Origin: Dehalococcoidia bacterium
GTDB taxonomy: Bacteria; Chloroflexota; Dehalococcoidia; Lucifugimonadales; QGNO01
Assembly: GCA_965220545.1 (NCBI GenBank)
Contig: CBDCQF010000007.1
Coordinates: forward strand, 21,123-85,122
Direction: 5' to 3'
Length of the DNA stretch: 64,000 nt
The translations under genes and the position numbers were made by a program. The notes under the pieces are model-generated. The model saw nothing but the letters and a program-made list of their open reading frames with translations, did no database searches and was not told the origin of the DNA. This document shows positions 47,702 to 57,822 of the stretch, piece after piece; within the stretch, counting starts at the first letter, position 1; every line of letters starts with the position of its first letter.

Positions 47702-48768
47702 GACCGCCTGCAATACGTTGCTTCGGTCTTTCCAAGCAGTTCGGCAATGTGTGTGCCGTGGAGCAGGTAGACCTTGCCGTCGACAACGGGGAGAAGATGG
47801 TGCTCATCGGCCCCAGCGGTTGCGGCAAGACGACGCTGCTCAGGCTCATCGCCGGGTTCGAGATGCCTACCGCGGGAACATTGGCGGTGGGAGGAGACCT
47901 TGTAGCGGGACCGGAGCAAGCCCTGCCACCAGAGAAAAGACGCGTTGGCATGGTGTTCCAGGATTACGCTCTGTTTCCCCACATGGACGTTTGGCACAAC
48001 GTAGCCTATGGAGTCCGCGATAAGTCCGAGCGCGAAAGCAGGGTAGGAGACGTATTGGAACTCGTCGGCCTCTCCGGCATGCAGAGACGCCTACCGCACG
48101 AGCTGTCCGGCGGCGAGCAACAACGCGTGGCCCTGGCAAGGGCCTTGGCTCCCGGTCCCGCGGTGGTCCTGCTGGATGAACCGTTTTCCAACCTGGATGC
48201 CAGCCTCAGAGCCAGAGTCCGCACCGAAGTCCGACAAATACTGAGCGATGCCGGGACGTCGGCTATATTCGTGACCCACGACCAGGAAGAGGCTTTGTTC
48301 TTTGGCGATAGGATAGCGGTGATGCACTGGGGACGCATAGAGCAGGTGGATACTCCGGAGATGATCTTCCATCAACCAACTTCACCTTTCGTGGCTAAGT
48401 TCATGGGCATAGCCGACTTCCTCCCTGCCAAGGTGCAGGGCGACGTGCTGGTAACGGAGCTGGGGATAATCCCCAGACCGTTGGAGGCCAGGGATGGCTC
48501 TAGGGTGGAAGTGATGGTCCGCCCCGATGATATATCGATCCACCCCGAAGAGGCAGGGCAGGGCAGGGTTGTAGAACGGGTCTTCCAGGGAGCGCATAAC
48601 CTGTACAAGGTGAAGCTGCCGTCCGGGGCTACGATTCACAGTCTACGGCTGCACTATCAAAGCTATCTGGAAGGTGAAGCGGTATCGGTCCGGATAGACC
48701 CGGGACACGGGCTCATGTGCGCCGTGGACGGTAAGTTGGTGAATATCCCACCGTCAATTTACGGTTGA
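47698..48768 (+). CDS. Fe(III)/polyamine-type ABC transporter ATP-binding protein (FbpC-like)
   Basis: GPSGCGKTT, LSGGEQQRVALARAL, VLLDEPFSNLD and a C-terminal TOBE-like domain. TTG 47698 is in a TTGA overlap with the permease stop. The 599-aa ORF-track entry from 46969 is an out-of-frame run-in. Confidence 0.88.
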   Translation: MRPPAIRCFGLSKQFGNVCAVEQVDLAVDNGEKMVLIGPSGCGKTTLLRLIAGFEMPTAGTLAVGGDLVAGPEQALPPEKRRVGMVFQDYALFPHMDVWHNVAYGVRDKSERESRVGDVLELVGLSGMQRRLPHELSGGEQQRVALARALAPGPAVVLLDEPFSNLDASLRARVRTEVRQILSDAGTSAIFVTHDQEEALFFGDRIAVMHWGRIEQVDTPEMIFHQPTSPFVAKFMGIADFLPAKVQGDVLVTELGIIPRPLEARDGSRVEVMVRPDDISIHPEEAGQGRVVERVFQGAHNLYKVKLPSGATIHSLRLHYQSYLEGEAVSVRIDPGHGLMCAVDGKLVNIPPSIYG

Positions 48769-48818
48769 GCGGGCCAATCGCCGCGCCAGTTCAGGGATAG
48801 GTCTGAAATACAAAATGA

Positions 48819-48836
48819 GCAGCGTTTTCACGCTGC
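48819..48836. terminator. Short hairpin between convergent genes (weak)
   Basis: GCAGCG-ttttca-CGCTGC lies between the fbpC-like stop (48768) and the minus-strand small gene stop (48864). The stem is 6 bp and there is no clear U-tract. Confidence 0.2.
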
Positions 48837-48863
48837 CCATCTCCAAATCAGGTGGATTTGTCC

Positions 48864-49082
48864 TTACTTCAAGCGCAGCCTATCTAATCTATTGCTCCAG
48901 TAGCGCTTGAGGTCTGCTTGTCTGGGCTCGAATATGCCTGAACCCGGCAGTTCCTTAGATCTGTCGCCCTTCACCAGCAGACGGCTGGCGGCAAGAGAAG
49001 CGGCGGTAGCGGCGGCGGCTCCCAATAGAGCGCGCTTCAAGAAACTGCGTCGTGAAACCGTTGCTTCATTCAATCCTGGCAT
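48864..49082 (-). CDS. Small (72-aa) twin-arginine signal-peptide protein, function unknown
   Basis: Canonical Tat motif SRRSFLKRALLGAAAATAASLAA, followed by a ~40-aa charged tail. GGAG RBS. Confidence 0.55.
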   Translation of the reverse strand: MPGLNEATVSRRSFLKRALLGAAAATAASLAASRLLVKGDRSKELPGSGIFEPRQADLKRYWSNRLDRLRLK

Positions 49083-49201
49083 ATCATTCTCCAGAAACTA
49101 CCTAACGCTCAATAAGTCAATTCTTGCACCGTTCCTTTGGAAAAGCAAGCCGGCCTGCCGCCATATAAAGCAAATTTGTGAAAAATGGAACAGTAGGGGA
49201 C

Positions 49202-49230
49202 TTCACAAGGAAAATATAAACTGATACAGT
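49202..49230 (+). promoter_or_regulatory. Promoter candidate TTCACA-17-TACAGT upstream of the act cluster
   Basis: Lies in the AT-rich divergent region. The -35 overlaps the right arm of a 7-bp inverted repeat (see findings). Confidence 0.3.
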
Positions 49231-49301
49231 ACGCTCGTTTGGTGGTCTGAGTGTGGTTGTGCGTGGGTAAGGGGACGGCCAAACTTTCCTGTAAGCGGAA
49301 C

Positions 49302-49592
49302 ATGGACCCAGCCTTTGTAGACAACGAGCTCTGGCACGGTATTTCCGTAATGCTCAGGTTCCTCTGGGCTTACGCGCTGTTTGCTCTTACTTTTGCCGCA
49401 CTCTTTCTCACCGCGCACGCCATCATTCCCTCGCTGGTCACCACCGGGCACATTCCGGCGCAGGCAGCCAGACTGAGACCTTTCATATATGCCGCCGCCG
49501 GTGGAGCGCTGGTGATTGCCGTTATCCTACTGGCCTTAACGCTGGCCAACGCTAACGTGGTCGGCAAAATCTGGGACAGGTACCTGATCTAG
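49302..49592 (+). CDS. Small two-TM membrane protein immediately upstream of actA
   Basis: Two hydrophobic helices (FLWAYALFALTFAALFLTAHAII; FIYAAAGGALVIAVILLALTLA). Ends 23 nt before actA. The start is uncertain (ATG 49302 or GTG 49251). Confidence 0.5.
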   Translation: MDPAFVDNELWHGISVMLRFLWAYALFALTFAALFLTAHAIIPSLVTTGHIPAQAARLRPFIYAAAGGALVIAVILLALTLANANVVGKIWDRYLI

Positions 49593-49615
49593 CCGAGAGA
49601 CACATTCCAAACCGT

Positions 49616-50209
49616 ATGAGAAACACCAGTCCAATAGTCTTCATAGCAGCAGGCATCTTCGCTCTTGGCGGACTGGGTGTAACGGCGGTAGTCGCATTCT
49701 TCGTTCTCAACGCCTGGTTCGGAGTATCGGTTTTGGCGCAGGCCCCGGACCAGCCTATAGCCTTCCCGCACACGGTGCACTCCGGTACCGTAGAGGAAGG
49801 CGGCATAGGGTTGGACTGCACGTTCTGCCATCGCAACGTCACTGATGGAGCAGCGGCCACAGTTCCATCCGTGGAGCAGTGCATGTTCTGTCACAGCAAG
49901 ATAACGGGCTCCACCGCCCAAGCGGAGCGGGAGATAGCCAAGCTGACCTCGGCGGCGGACGCCGGAGCCCCCATCAACTGGAAGCGAGTCCACAGGCTGC
50001 CTGACCACGTGGAGTTCGTGCATGACGCCCACATACGCTATTTCTCGGAACAGATGGGCGTGGAAGCCTCCGCCGTCTGTTCCACCTGCCACGGAGACGT
50101 GGCCTCAATGACCAAAGTAAAGCAGGTGAGGGCGCTGAAAATGGGTGACTGCGTGGACTGCCATAGGGAGTACAGCGCACCCACGGACTGCACTATTTGC
50201 CATCGTTAG
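49616..50209 (+). CDS. actA: Alternative Complex III subunit ActA, membrane-anchored pentaheme cytochrome c
   Basis: N-terminal TM helix plus five CxxCH motifs (CTFCH, CMFCH, CSTCH, CVDCH, CTICH). Confidence 0.85.
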   Translation: MRNTSPIVFIAAGIFALGGLGVTAVVAFFVLNAWFGVSVLAQAPDQPIAFPHTVHSGTVEEGGIGLDCTFCHRNVTDGAAATVPSVEQCMFCHSKITGSTAQAEREIAKLTSAADAGAPINWKRVHRLPDHVEFVHDAHIRYFSEQMGVEASAVCSTCHGDVASMTKVKQVRALKMGDCVDCHREYSAPTDCTICHR

Positions 50210-50219
50210 GTATTAGGGT

Positions 50220-52514
50220 ATGACAACTACAAGACGTGACTTTCTGAAATGGTCCGGAGTGGGCGCACTGGGAACGGTAGTGTTCGTGGGATGCGGCATT
50301 CCAGAGGAAGAGCTGCTGATACAGAGCCCGGCCACTATGCCGGAGAACATGGTGTCCGGCCTGGAGGCGTGGTACGCCACCTCCTGTGCACAGTGCGGAG
50401 CCGGGGAAGGCGTCATAGTCCGCATCATTGAAGGGCGCGCCATCAAGATAGAGGGGAATACGGACCATCCGGTAAGCCGCGGCAAAACATCGGTGAGATG
50501 CCAAGCCGGCCTGCAGGCGCTATACAGCCCGGATAGACTGAGCGGCCCAATGAAGCGCATCGGCGAGCGGGGTTCGGGCGAGTTCGCGCCAATCACCTGG
50601 GACCAGGCATTGGGCGAATTGACCGCCGGCTTGCAAAGCCAAGATCCAAGCTCCGCAACCCTCATCACCGACCCAATGCGGGGCACCCTGGGCAAGGTTG
50701 CCAAACGGTTCATGAACGGATACGGCGGCAATCACATGGCGTTGGAATCGATGGAGGATACGGTGCTGCGCAGGGTTGCCAGGGAGCTGTTCCAGCAAGA
50801 CCAGCTACCCCTCTTCGAAATAGATAAGGCCGACTACGTTCTCAACTTTGGCGCCGACTTTCTATCCACGTGGTTGTCACCGGTGCAGTACAGCAGGGCC
50901 TACGGTCAGTTCAGGCAGGGGCGCGACCACCGCGGCACGCTGGTGCAGGTAGAGCCGCGCATGTCCATGACGGCGGCCAACGCCGACAAGTGGCATTACA
51001 TCAATCCGGGAACGGAAGGAATAGCGGCGCTCAGTATCGCTTACGTGCTCATGACGGATTCCGCCGACAGGCTGGACGCTGCCGCAGTCGATGCTATGAC
51101 CGGGGGCGCCGGAGCACAGGCTGTATCGGCTTTCGCGCCGGAGTCCGTGGCCGGGAACACCGGCCTTTCCGCTGATTACATCCGGAAAATAGCGCACGAC
51201 CTGGCAGGAAACGAGCATAGCCTGGTCATAGGCGGCGGCTCCGCGGCTGCCCACACCAACGGCCTCGCCAACATGAAGGCCATCTACAGCTTGAACATCC
51301 TCCTTGACAGCATCAACAAGGACGGAGGCGTCAAGTTCAACCCCTCTTCTCCCCTGGAAGAAGAGAGTGCAGCGTCAGACGTAGCCACGTTTGCCGATTG
51401 GGAAGACCTCAGGAACAGGATGAGCGCAGGACAGGTAGGCACTCTTCTGGTGCATGGAGCCAACCCAGCGTACACGCTGCAGTCTATAGACTTTGTCGGC
51501 GCGGCTTCCGGGGTTGGCACAATCGTCAGCTTTGCCAGCTCCATGGATGAAACGGCTGCCCTCGCCGACCTGATACTGCCCGACCACACCTACCTGGAGT
51601 CCTGGGGAGACGACGTTCCCAATCCAGGGCCCGGATATCAGGTCGTGACCCTCCAGCAGCCGGTGGTGTTCCCATTCCACCAGGAGGGCGGGCGCGGAAC
51701 CAGGGCATTCGGCGACGTGCTGCTGGACCTGACGCGCAGGTTCGGAAGTACCGGGTTCAATTTGCCCTGGCCGACAATGAGAGAGGCAGTGAGAGCCAGC
51801 GCTGAGGAACTGCAAGGGCTGAACAGGGGATCGGTACGCGCTGCCGACTTCGAGGCTTTCTGGATATCAGCGTTGCAAAGAGGCGGCTGGTGGGACGAGA
51901 ACGCCAAAGGGGACCAGCAGACCGTTTCTCCACCGCCGCTGGCCGAACTGACGGGCGCTCCTGAGTTCTCCGGCGGCACGGGCGAGTACCCGTTCTATCT
52001 GATACCTTTCCAGTCGAACTCTATAACCGACGGCCGCGGCGCCAACCTGCCCTGGCTGCAAGCCGCACCAGATCCGATGACGACCGCGGTTTGGGAGACG
52101 TGGGTGGAGATCAACCAGCGTAGAGCCGATGAGCTGGACATAAAGGAAGGGGACATCCTTGACATACAATCGCCCAGCGGCACCATCAGAGCCCTGGCTT
52201 ACCCAACCCCGGCGTCCCACCCGGACGTGCTGTCCATCCCCACCGGACTGGGCCACACTCACTATGGAAACTACGAAATAGGCCCCGACCTGTCCCGCAC
52301 CTTGGTGGCCAAGGACCGGGGCTCCAACGTGATGTCCATTGTTTCGCCATTGAAGGATGGCCAGACCAATGCGCTGGCATGGTCAGCCACCAGAGTTCGC
52401 ATAAACAAAACGGGCGAGTGGATACGCCTGCCCAAGTTTGAAGGGGCGGTGCCGCCTCAGTTCGAGGCTGGACTATTCCCGATATACGGCCGGGGTGACG
52501 GCGCGGCCCATTAG
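50220..52514 (+). CDS. actB: ACIII subunit ActB1 (molybdopterin-oxidoreductase-fold, Tat signal)
   Basis: Tat signal TRRDFLKWSGVGALG. MopB-like fold with an incomplete N-terminal cluster motif (CAQCGAGEG), as expected for a cofactor-less ActB. Confidence 0.8.
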   Translation: MTTTRRDFLKWSGVGALGTVVFVGCGIPEEELLIQSPATMPENMVSGLEAWYATSCAQCGAGEGVIVRIIEGRAIKIEGNTDHPVSRGKTSVRCQAGLQALYSPDRLSGPMKRIGERGSGEFAPITWDQALGELTAGLQSQDPSSATLITDPMRGTLGKVAKRFMNGYGGNHMALESMEDTVLRRVARELFQQDQLPLFEIDKADYVLNFGADFLSTWLSPVQYSRAYGQFRQGRDHRGTLVQVEPRMSMTAANADKWHYINPGTEGIAALSIAYVLMTDSADRLDAAAVDAMTGGAGAQAVSAFAPESVAGNTGLSADYIRKIAHDLAGNEHSLVIGGGSAAAHTNGLANMKAIYSLNILLDSINKDGGVKFNPSSPLEEESAASDVATFADWEDLRNRMSAGQVGTLLVHGANPAYTLQSIDFVGAASGVGTIVSFASSMDETAALADLILPDHTYLESWGDDVPNPGPGYQVVTLQQPVVFPFHQEGGRGTRAFGDVLLDLTRRFGSTGFNLPWPTMREAVRASAEELQGLNRGSVRAADFEAFWISALQRGGWWDENAKGDQQTVSPPPLAELTGAPEFSGGTGEYPFYLIPFQSNSITDGRGANLPWLQAAPDPMTTAVWETWVEINQRRADELDIKEGDILDIQSPSGTIRALAYPTPASHPDVLSIPTGLGHTHYGNYEIGPDLSRTLVAKDRGSNVMSIVSPLKDGQTNALAWSATRVRINKTGEWIRLPKFEGAVPPQFEAGLFPIYGRGDGAAH

Positions 52515-52528
52515 ATGAGGAGTTTTAA

Positions 52529-53249
<721 letters not shown>

Positions 53250-53257
<8 letters not shown>

Positions 53258-54644
53258 CCACCATGACTTTGGGCCAGAGATAACTATAGACGGGTTCAAC
53301 CGCGATATAGCTGAGCGGCACTCGACTATTGGCAAGGGTCACCGCAACCTGATCCTGATAAGCGGAGCCTTGCTGCTGGTGGGAATAGCCGCTTTTGCGG
53401 CCAGGGCTATGAGCGACGGCTTCGAGTACAGGATGCCCTGGGGATACTATGCCGCCGTGGTGGCTTTCCTCATGACTACGGCGGGAGCCGCGCCCCTGGT
53501 GATAGTGGCGCTGCGGCTTGTCAAAGCGCACTGGCGCAGACCCCTGGCCCGCGTCTCCGAGCTGTACGCCGCCGTGGGACTGCTCACATTCGTCATGTTC
53601 CTGCCGTTGCTTTTCCTGGTCCCCTCCGCCAACAACCGGTTCACCCTCTGGTTCCAGGCTGACGAGGGCGGCTCCGTTATGCGAATTCCGGGAGCGCCGC
53701 ATTTTTGGATTGTGCTCATCATTGCGTTGCTCACAATATGCGGCCTAGCATTGCTGTGCATATCTGCCCGTCCCGATAGCGCAAGCCTGAGCGACTTCAG
53801 GTCCAAGCCAAAGGGTCTGTTGAGTCGTGGCTGGCTTGGCACACGGAAGCAGTGGTTGACAATGCGCGGGGGACTGGCTTTCCTCGGCGCGTTCTATTTC
53901 ATACTCCTGGTAGGGACGCTTTCCCTGTTCAGCGTCGATTTCGGAATGGCGCTGGTGCCTGGCTGGAAGGACGCCATCTTCCCCGCTTTCCAATCCTTGA
54001 CCGGCCTCCAGGCCGGACTGGCTACCGTGATAGTGACCGCGTGGCTGTTACGTCGATACGGCGGATTCCAGGACTACATTCGCATGGAGCACTTCTGGGG
54101 CGCCAGTAAAATACTGCTTGCCCTGTCACTCATGTGGTTCTACTTCTGGTGGTCCGGCTTCATCATCTTCTGGTACGGTCGCTTGCCAGTGGAACTGGAC
54201 ACACTCAATCTGCTCATGTTTGGGCCCTACAGGGTGCTGTTCTTTGGGGCGTTCATCCTCAACTTTGTGGCCCCTTTCCTCATACTGCTATGGAACGTAG
54301 TACGCAAGACAACGTGGGGCCCCACTCTCGCCGCTGCATCTATACTGGTTGGCACGCTGACCGACAAAGTACGCATCTACGTCGCCTCGTACTCGGTGGA
54401 CTTCAAGGGTACGCCGGTGCACATAGCCGACCACGACCTGGCTCTCATCCCGGCCACGCACTATCCCGATGCACTGGACGTGCTCATAGTAGTAGGGGGC
54501 ATCGCCGGTGGAATATTCGTGTTCTCACTGGCGGCAAGGTATGCGCCGGTATTCTCCTTGTGGGAGATGTCTGAGGGCCTGAGACTGCGGGCAGTGAGGC
54601 CTTTCTTGAGGACACGTATCTTGATACTGGGCAAACCGGAGTAG
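53250..54644 (+). CDS. actC: ACIII NrfD/PsrC-like membrane subunit (ActC-like)
   Basis: About 10 TM helices, NrfD-like. ATG 53250 in an ATGCATGA overlap with the actB2 stop. Confidence 0.75.
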
Positions 54645-54665
54645 GTGTTAGGAGCGTCATAACAA

Positions 54666-56042
54666 ATGCAACAACGGGTGACACTCCCACATAAGCAGAT
54701 CAACGCGGACTTACTCAATGTCACGCTGAAAGCCCCCCTGTGGTGGTGGATTACAGTCGGCATTCTGGGGATTTTTGTACTGCTGGCGTTTCTTTCCGTC
54801 AGCTTCATGGTCAACAAGGGATTGGGAGTAACCGGGCTGAACCGTCCCATAATGTGGGGCTTCTTCATAGTTGACTTTGTGTTCTGGATAGGTATCAGCC
54901 ACGCAGGAGTCATGCTCTCCGCAATCCTGAGACTGAGCAAGGCGGAATGGCGCCGGCCGGCAACACGCGCCGCTGAGGTGCTGACGGTTCTATCGTTGCT
55001 GTGGGCGGCCTTGCACCCCGTGGTACACGCCGGACGTCTCTGGCGTGTGCTCTACTGGGCCTTCCCTTACGACTTCTCCAGGGGGCTATGGATCAACGTG
55101 CGCTCGCCGTTGATCTGGGATCCCAGCGCCATCTTCACCTATCTCACGGGAAGCACACTCTTTGTAATCGTGGCCTTGATTCCCGACCTGGCCGTCCTGC
55201 GAGACAGGACCACCGGGCTGCGCCACCAGATATATAGCCTGTTGGCCATGGGCTGGCGAGGCACACCTCGCCAGTGGAAGCTACAGATAGTGGCCGGGTT
55301 CCTGCTTTCCGCATTGCTGCTGCCGGTCTTCGTTTCGGTGCATAGCATAGTGTCGTGGGACTTTGCCGTAGCCATATCGGTTGAGGCGTGGCACGTCACC
55401 ATCTTCGCTCCTTACTTCGTCATCGGAGCGGTGCACTCCGGAGTGTCGGCGGTGGTCACCATGATGATACTGATGCGATGGCTGTTCGGCTGGCACGCCT
55501 ACATACGTGAGGAGCACATGGACGCCCTGGGCAAGCTGCTCATTGTGATAGCCACAGCGTGGCTGTACTTCTTCTTCCTGGAGTTCTCCTTCGCGCTGTT
55601 CAGCCAGGAGTCCCAGGAAATAGCGCTCCGCGAGCTCCAGGTGTTCACCTGGCCGTGGTGGCCTCTGTTCGTCGTATTCATCATCGCCTCGTACCTCTTC
55701 CCGGTTCCCATGTGGCTGTCCAGAAGGGTACGCCGCAACTGGGTCCTGATGCTCATTACGTCGCTGACGGTCAACGTGGGTATGTGGCTGGAGCGACTGA
55801 TAATCGTGATCCCCGGCCTGGCGCGGAAGACGCCGTTCAGCTTCGACTGGGGAGCATACAGCCCCAGCATTATCGAGATCACCATCATCGTAGGGGGATT
55901 TGCCTTCGTTTTCATGGCGCTCCTCCTATTCGCCAAGGTGTTCCCTCTGATTCCGTTGTTCGATATCAAGGAAGGCCAGACTTTGAGCGAAGACATTAAA
56001 ATTGGACGGAGAAGCGTGCCGGCTCTCCGCGTAGAGGAGTAG
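54666..56042 (+). CDS. actF: Second ACIII NrfD-like membrane subunit (ActF-like, or the true ActC)
   Basis: Polytopic NrfD-like protein, paralogous in architecture to the preceding gene. Which one is C and which is F cannot be decided by eye. Confidence 0.65.
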   Translation: MQQRVTLPHKQINADLLNVTLKAPLWWWITVGILGIFVLLAFLSVSFMVNKGLGVTGLNRPIMWGFFIVDFVFWIGISHAGVMLSAILRLSKAEWRRPATRAAEVLTVLSLLWAALHPVVHAGRLWRVLYWAFPYDFSRGLWINVRSPLIWDPSAIFTYLTGSTLFVIVALIPDLAVLRDRTTGLRHQIYSLLAMGWRGTPRQWKLQIVAGFLLSALLLPVFVSVHSIVSWDFAVAISVEAWHVTIFAPYFVIGAVHSGVSAVVTMMILMRWLFGWHAYIREEHMDALGKLLIVIATAWLYFFFLEFSFALFSQESQEIALRELQVFTWPWWPLFVVFIIASYLFPVPMWLSRRVRRNWVLMLITSLTVNVGMWLERLIIVIPGLARKTPFSFDWGAYSPSIIEITIIVGGFAFVFMALLLFAKVFPLIPLFDIKEGQTLSEDIKIGRRSVPALRVEE

Positions 56043-56054
56043 AGGAGCAGGACA

Positions 56055-56561
56055 ATGACTCAGATGCTTGCGCTATTCAAAGAAGAAGAGGAAGCTGCCA
56101 GCGCCACCGAGGCCCTTCAGCAGGCAGGCCACAGCAACGAATCTTTCGATATCCTGACGGGCTCGCCCTATCCGGAAGGCGCATTTGGAGAACCTGAGCC
56201 CAAGCACAGGCTGTACGTCTTCCCACTGATGGGAGCCATCACGGGATTCTCCGTGGGCCTTCTCCTGATGACCGCCACGCAGGCGGCCTTCCCCCTGGTG
56301 GTGGGCGGCAAGCCCATACTCTCCATACCGGCAATGCTCATACCCATGTACGAAGGCACTATGCTGGGCGCAATCCTGTTCACGGTAGCGGGCATAATCT
56401 TCGAGTCCAGGTTACCTAACTTGAAGGGCGGGCTTTACGACCCGCGCATTACGGAGGGGTACATAGGAATAACCATGCAGGTTCCGGCTGACACGGCGCC
56501 TTCCGTGGAGCAGATTCTAAAGCAAGCCGGCGCCGAGGACATCCTGCAGCGTGAAGGGTGA
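56055..56561 (+). CDS. actD: ACIII subunit ActD (DUF3341)
   Basis: N-terminus MLALFKEEEEAASATEALQQAGH...FDILTGSPYPE followed by two TM helices, typical of ActD. Confidence 0.8.
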   Translation: MTQMLALFKEEEEAASATEALQQAGHSNESFDILTGSPYPEGAFGEPEPKHRLYVFPLMGAITGFSVGLLLMTATQAAFPLVVGGKPILSIPAMLIPMYEGTMLGAILFTVAGIIFESRLPNLKGGLYDPRITEGYIGITMQVPADTAPSVEQILKQAGAEDILQREG

Positions 56562-57184
56562 ACACCGGCTTACTTAAGATAGAGATGGGTCTAGCACGAA
56601 TGAAACTAGCCAAACAGAACAATAGAAGACTGGTCATCTTCGCGGCATTGAGCGTTCTTATCGTATCGATGCTGGGTTGCTCAACCGGGACATATCCGCT
56701 TGACATTTTCCCGGAGATGCACTACCAGCAGTCATACAAGATTCAAGAGCCGCCCAGCCTTTCCGCGCCGCCAGGCTCCGTGCCCATTTCAGGCGGGGAG
56801 GTGCTATTCGAATTTACCGATGCCGGAGACGTGACCAGCCCGTTCCCTTCCAGCCAGGCAACGGTTCAGCGAGGCGGGGACCTGTTCCGCGTCAACTGCG
56901 CGGTGTGTCATGGAGCCGGGGGGCAAGGAGACGGCCCGATGCAAGCAAAGCTGGATGAGGCTGGATACTCCGGGACAGTTGCCAACCTGACCACGGGCGC
57001 CACTCCCAACAGACCCGACGGCGAGGTGTTCTTCATAATCAGCGAAGGATGGGTGGCAACCTTGATGGACATGGGCATGTCGGAAGATGCTGCGTCTCAG
57101 TTCCTCATGCCGCCCTTTAGGAAGCTAATCAGCGAGGACGACCGCTGGATGATTGTCCACTACTTGAGGTCGATTGAGCAGTAG
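56558..57184 (+). CDS. actE: ACIII subunit ActE, monoheme cytochrome c lipoprotein
   Basis: Lipobox VSMLGCSTG and a single CAVCHG heme motif with distal Met. The start is GTG 56558 (GTGA overlap) or ATG 56600. Confidence 0.8.
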   Translation: MNTGLLKIEMGLARMKLAKQNNRRLVIFAALSVLIVSMLGCSTGTYPLDIFPEMHYQQSYKIQEPPSLSAPPGSVPISGGEVLFEFTDAGDVTSPFPSSQATVQRGGDLFRVNCAVCHGAGGQGDGPMQAKLDEAGYSGTVANLTTGATPNRPDGEVFFIISEGWVATLMDMGMSEDAASQFLMPPFRKLISEDDRWMIVHYLRSIEQ

Positions 57185-57295
57185 CTGATATCCACTCTCC
57201 ACTCAACCGAAACCTAATTCTGCTTCACATCGAGGCACTGACCAGCCCCGTTCTCACTGCTATACTTAGCTCCAAATCTTACCAGGCTTGGAAAT

Positions 57296-57808
57296 TTGGC
57301 AATTAGATTGCGGCAGCACAATCGGGCAGGGGCCCTTATGGCCTTAGTCGCCGTCCTCGCTTTGCTTGCCGTCGCCTGCCAGGGAAGGAGCGCGGAGCTT
57401 TCGCTGGAAGAGCGAGCGCAGGCCCTGGACAAGGAACTGATGTGCCCGGTGTGTCCCAGCGAGACCATAGACCAGTCTCAGGTAGAACTTGGGAAACAGA
57501 TGAGAGCCATAGTGCGCGAAAAGCTAGCGGACGGCGAATCCGAGCAGGAAATAAAGGACTTCTTCGTCGATAGATACGGCGACAGCGTGCTGGCCGCGCC
57601 ACCCGCAAGGGGCTTCAATATATTGGTCTGGGTAGTGGCGGGACTGGTCCTTCCCTTTGCCGCGGCCAGCCTGGTACTGGCTGTAAGGGTAATGCGAAGG
57701 CGTGGGGAAACCGTACCCGCACCGGCCCAGCCCAAAGTGAACGATGAAAAACTGGAGACTTATCTCTCCAAAGTGGATGAAGAGATGTCGGAGACCTTTG
57801 GTAGGTAG
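57296..57808 (+). CDS. ccmH: Cytochrome c maturation protein CcmH
   Basis: LMCPVCPSETIDQS matches the CcmH LRCPxCxxxxIxxS redox motif. C-terminal TM helix. The start is TTG 57296 or ATG 57338. Confidence 0.85.
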   Translation: MAIRLRQHNRAGALMALVAVLALLAVACQGRSAELSLEERAQALDKELMCPVCPSETIDQSQVELGKQMRAIVREKLADGESEQEIKDFFVDRYGDSVLAAPPARGFNILVWVVAGLVLPFAAASLVLAVRVMRRRGETVPAPAQPKVNDEKLETYLSKVDEEMSETFGR

Positions 57809-57822
57809 CAAGAGAGGTTAGA

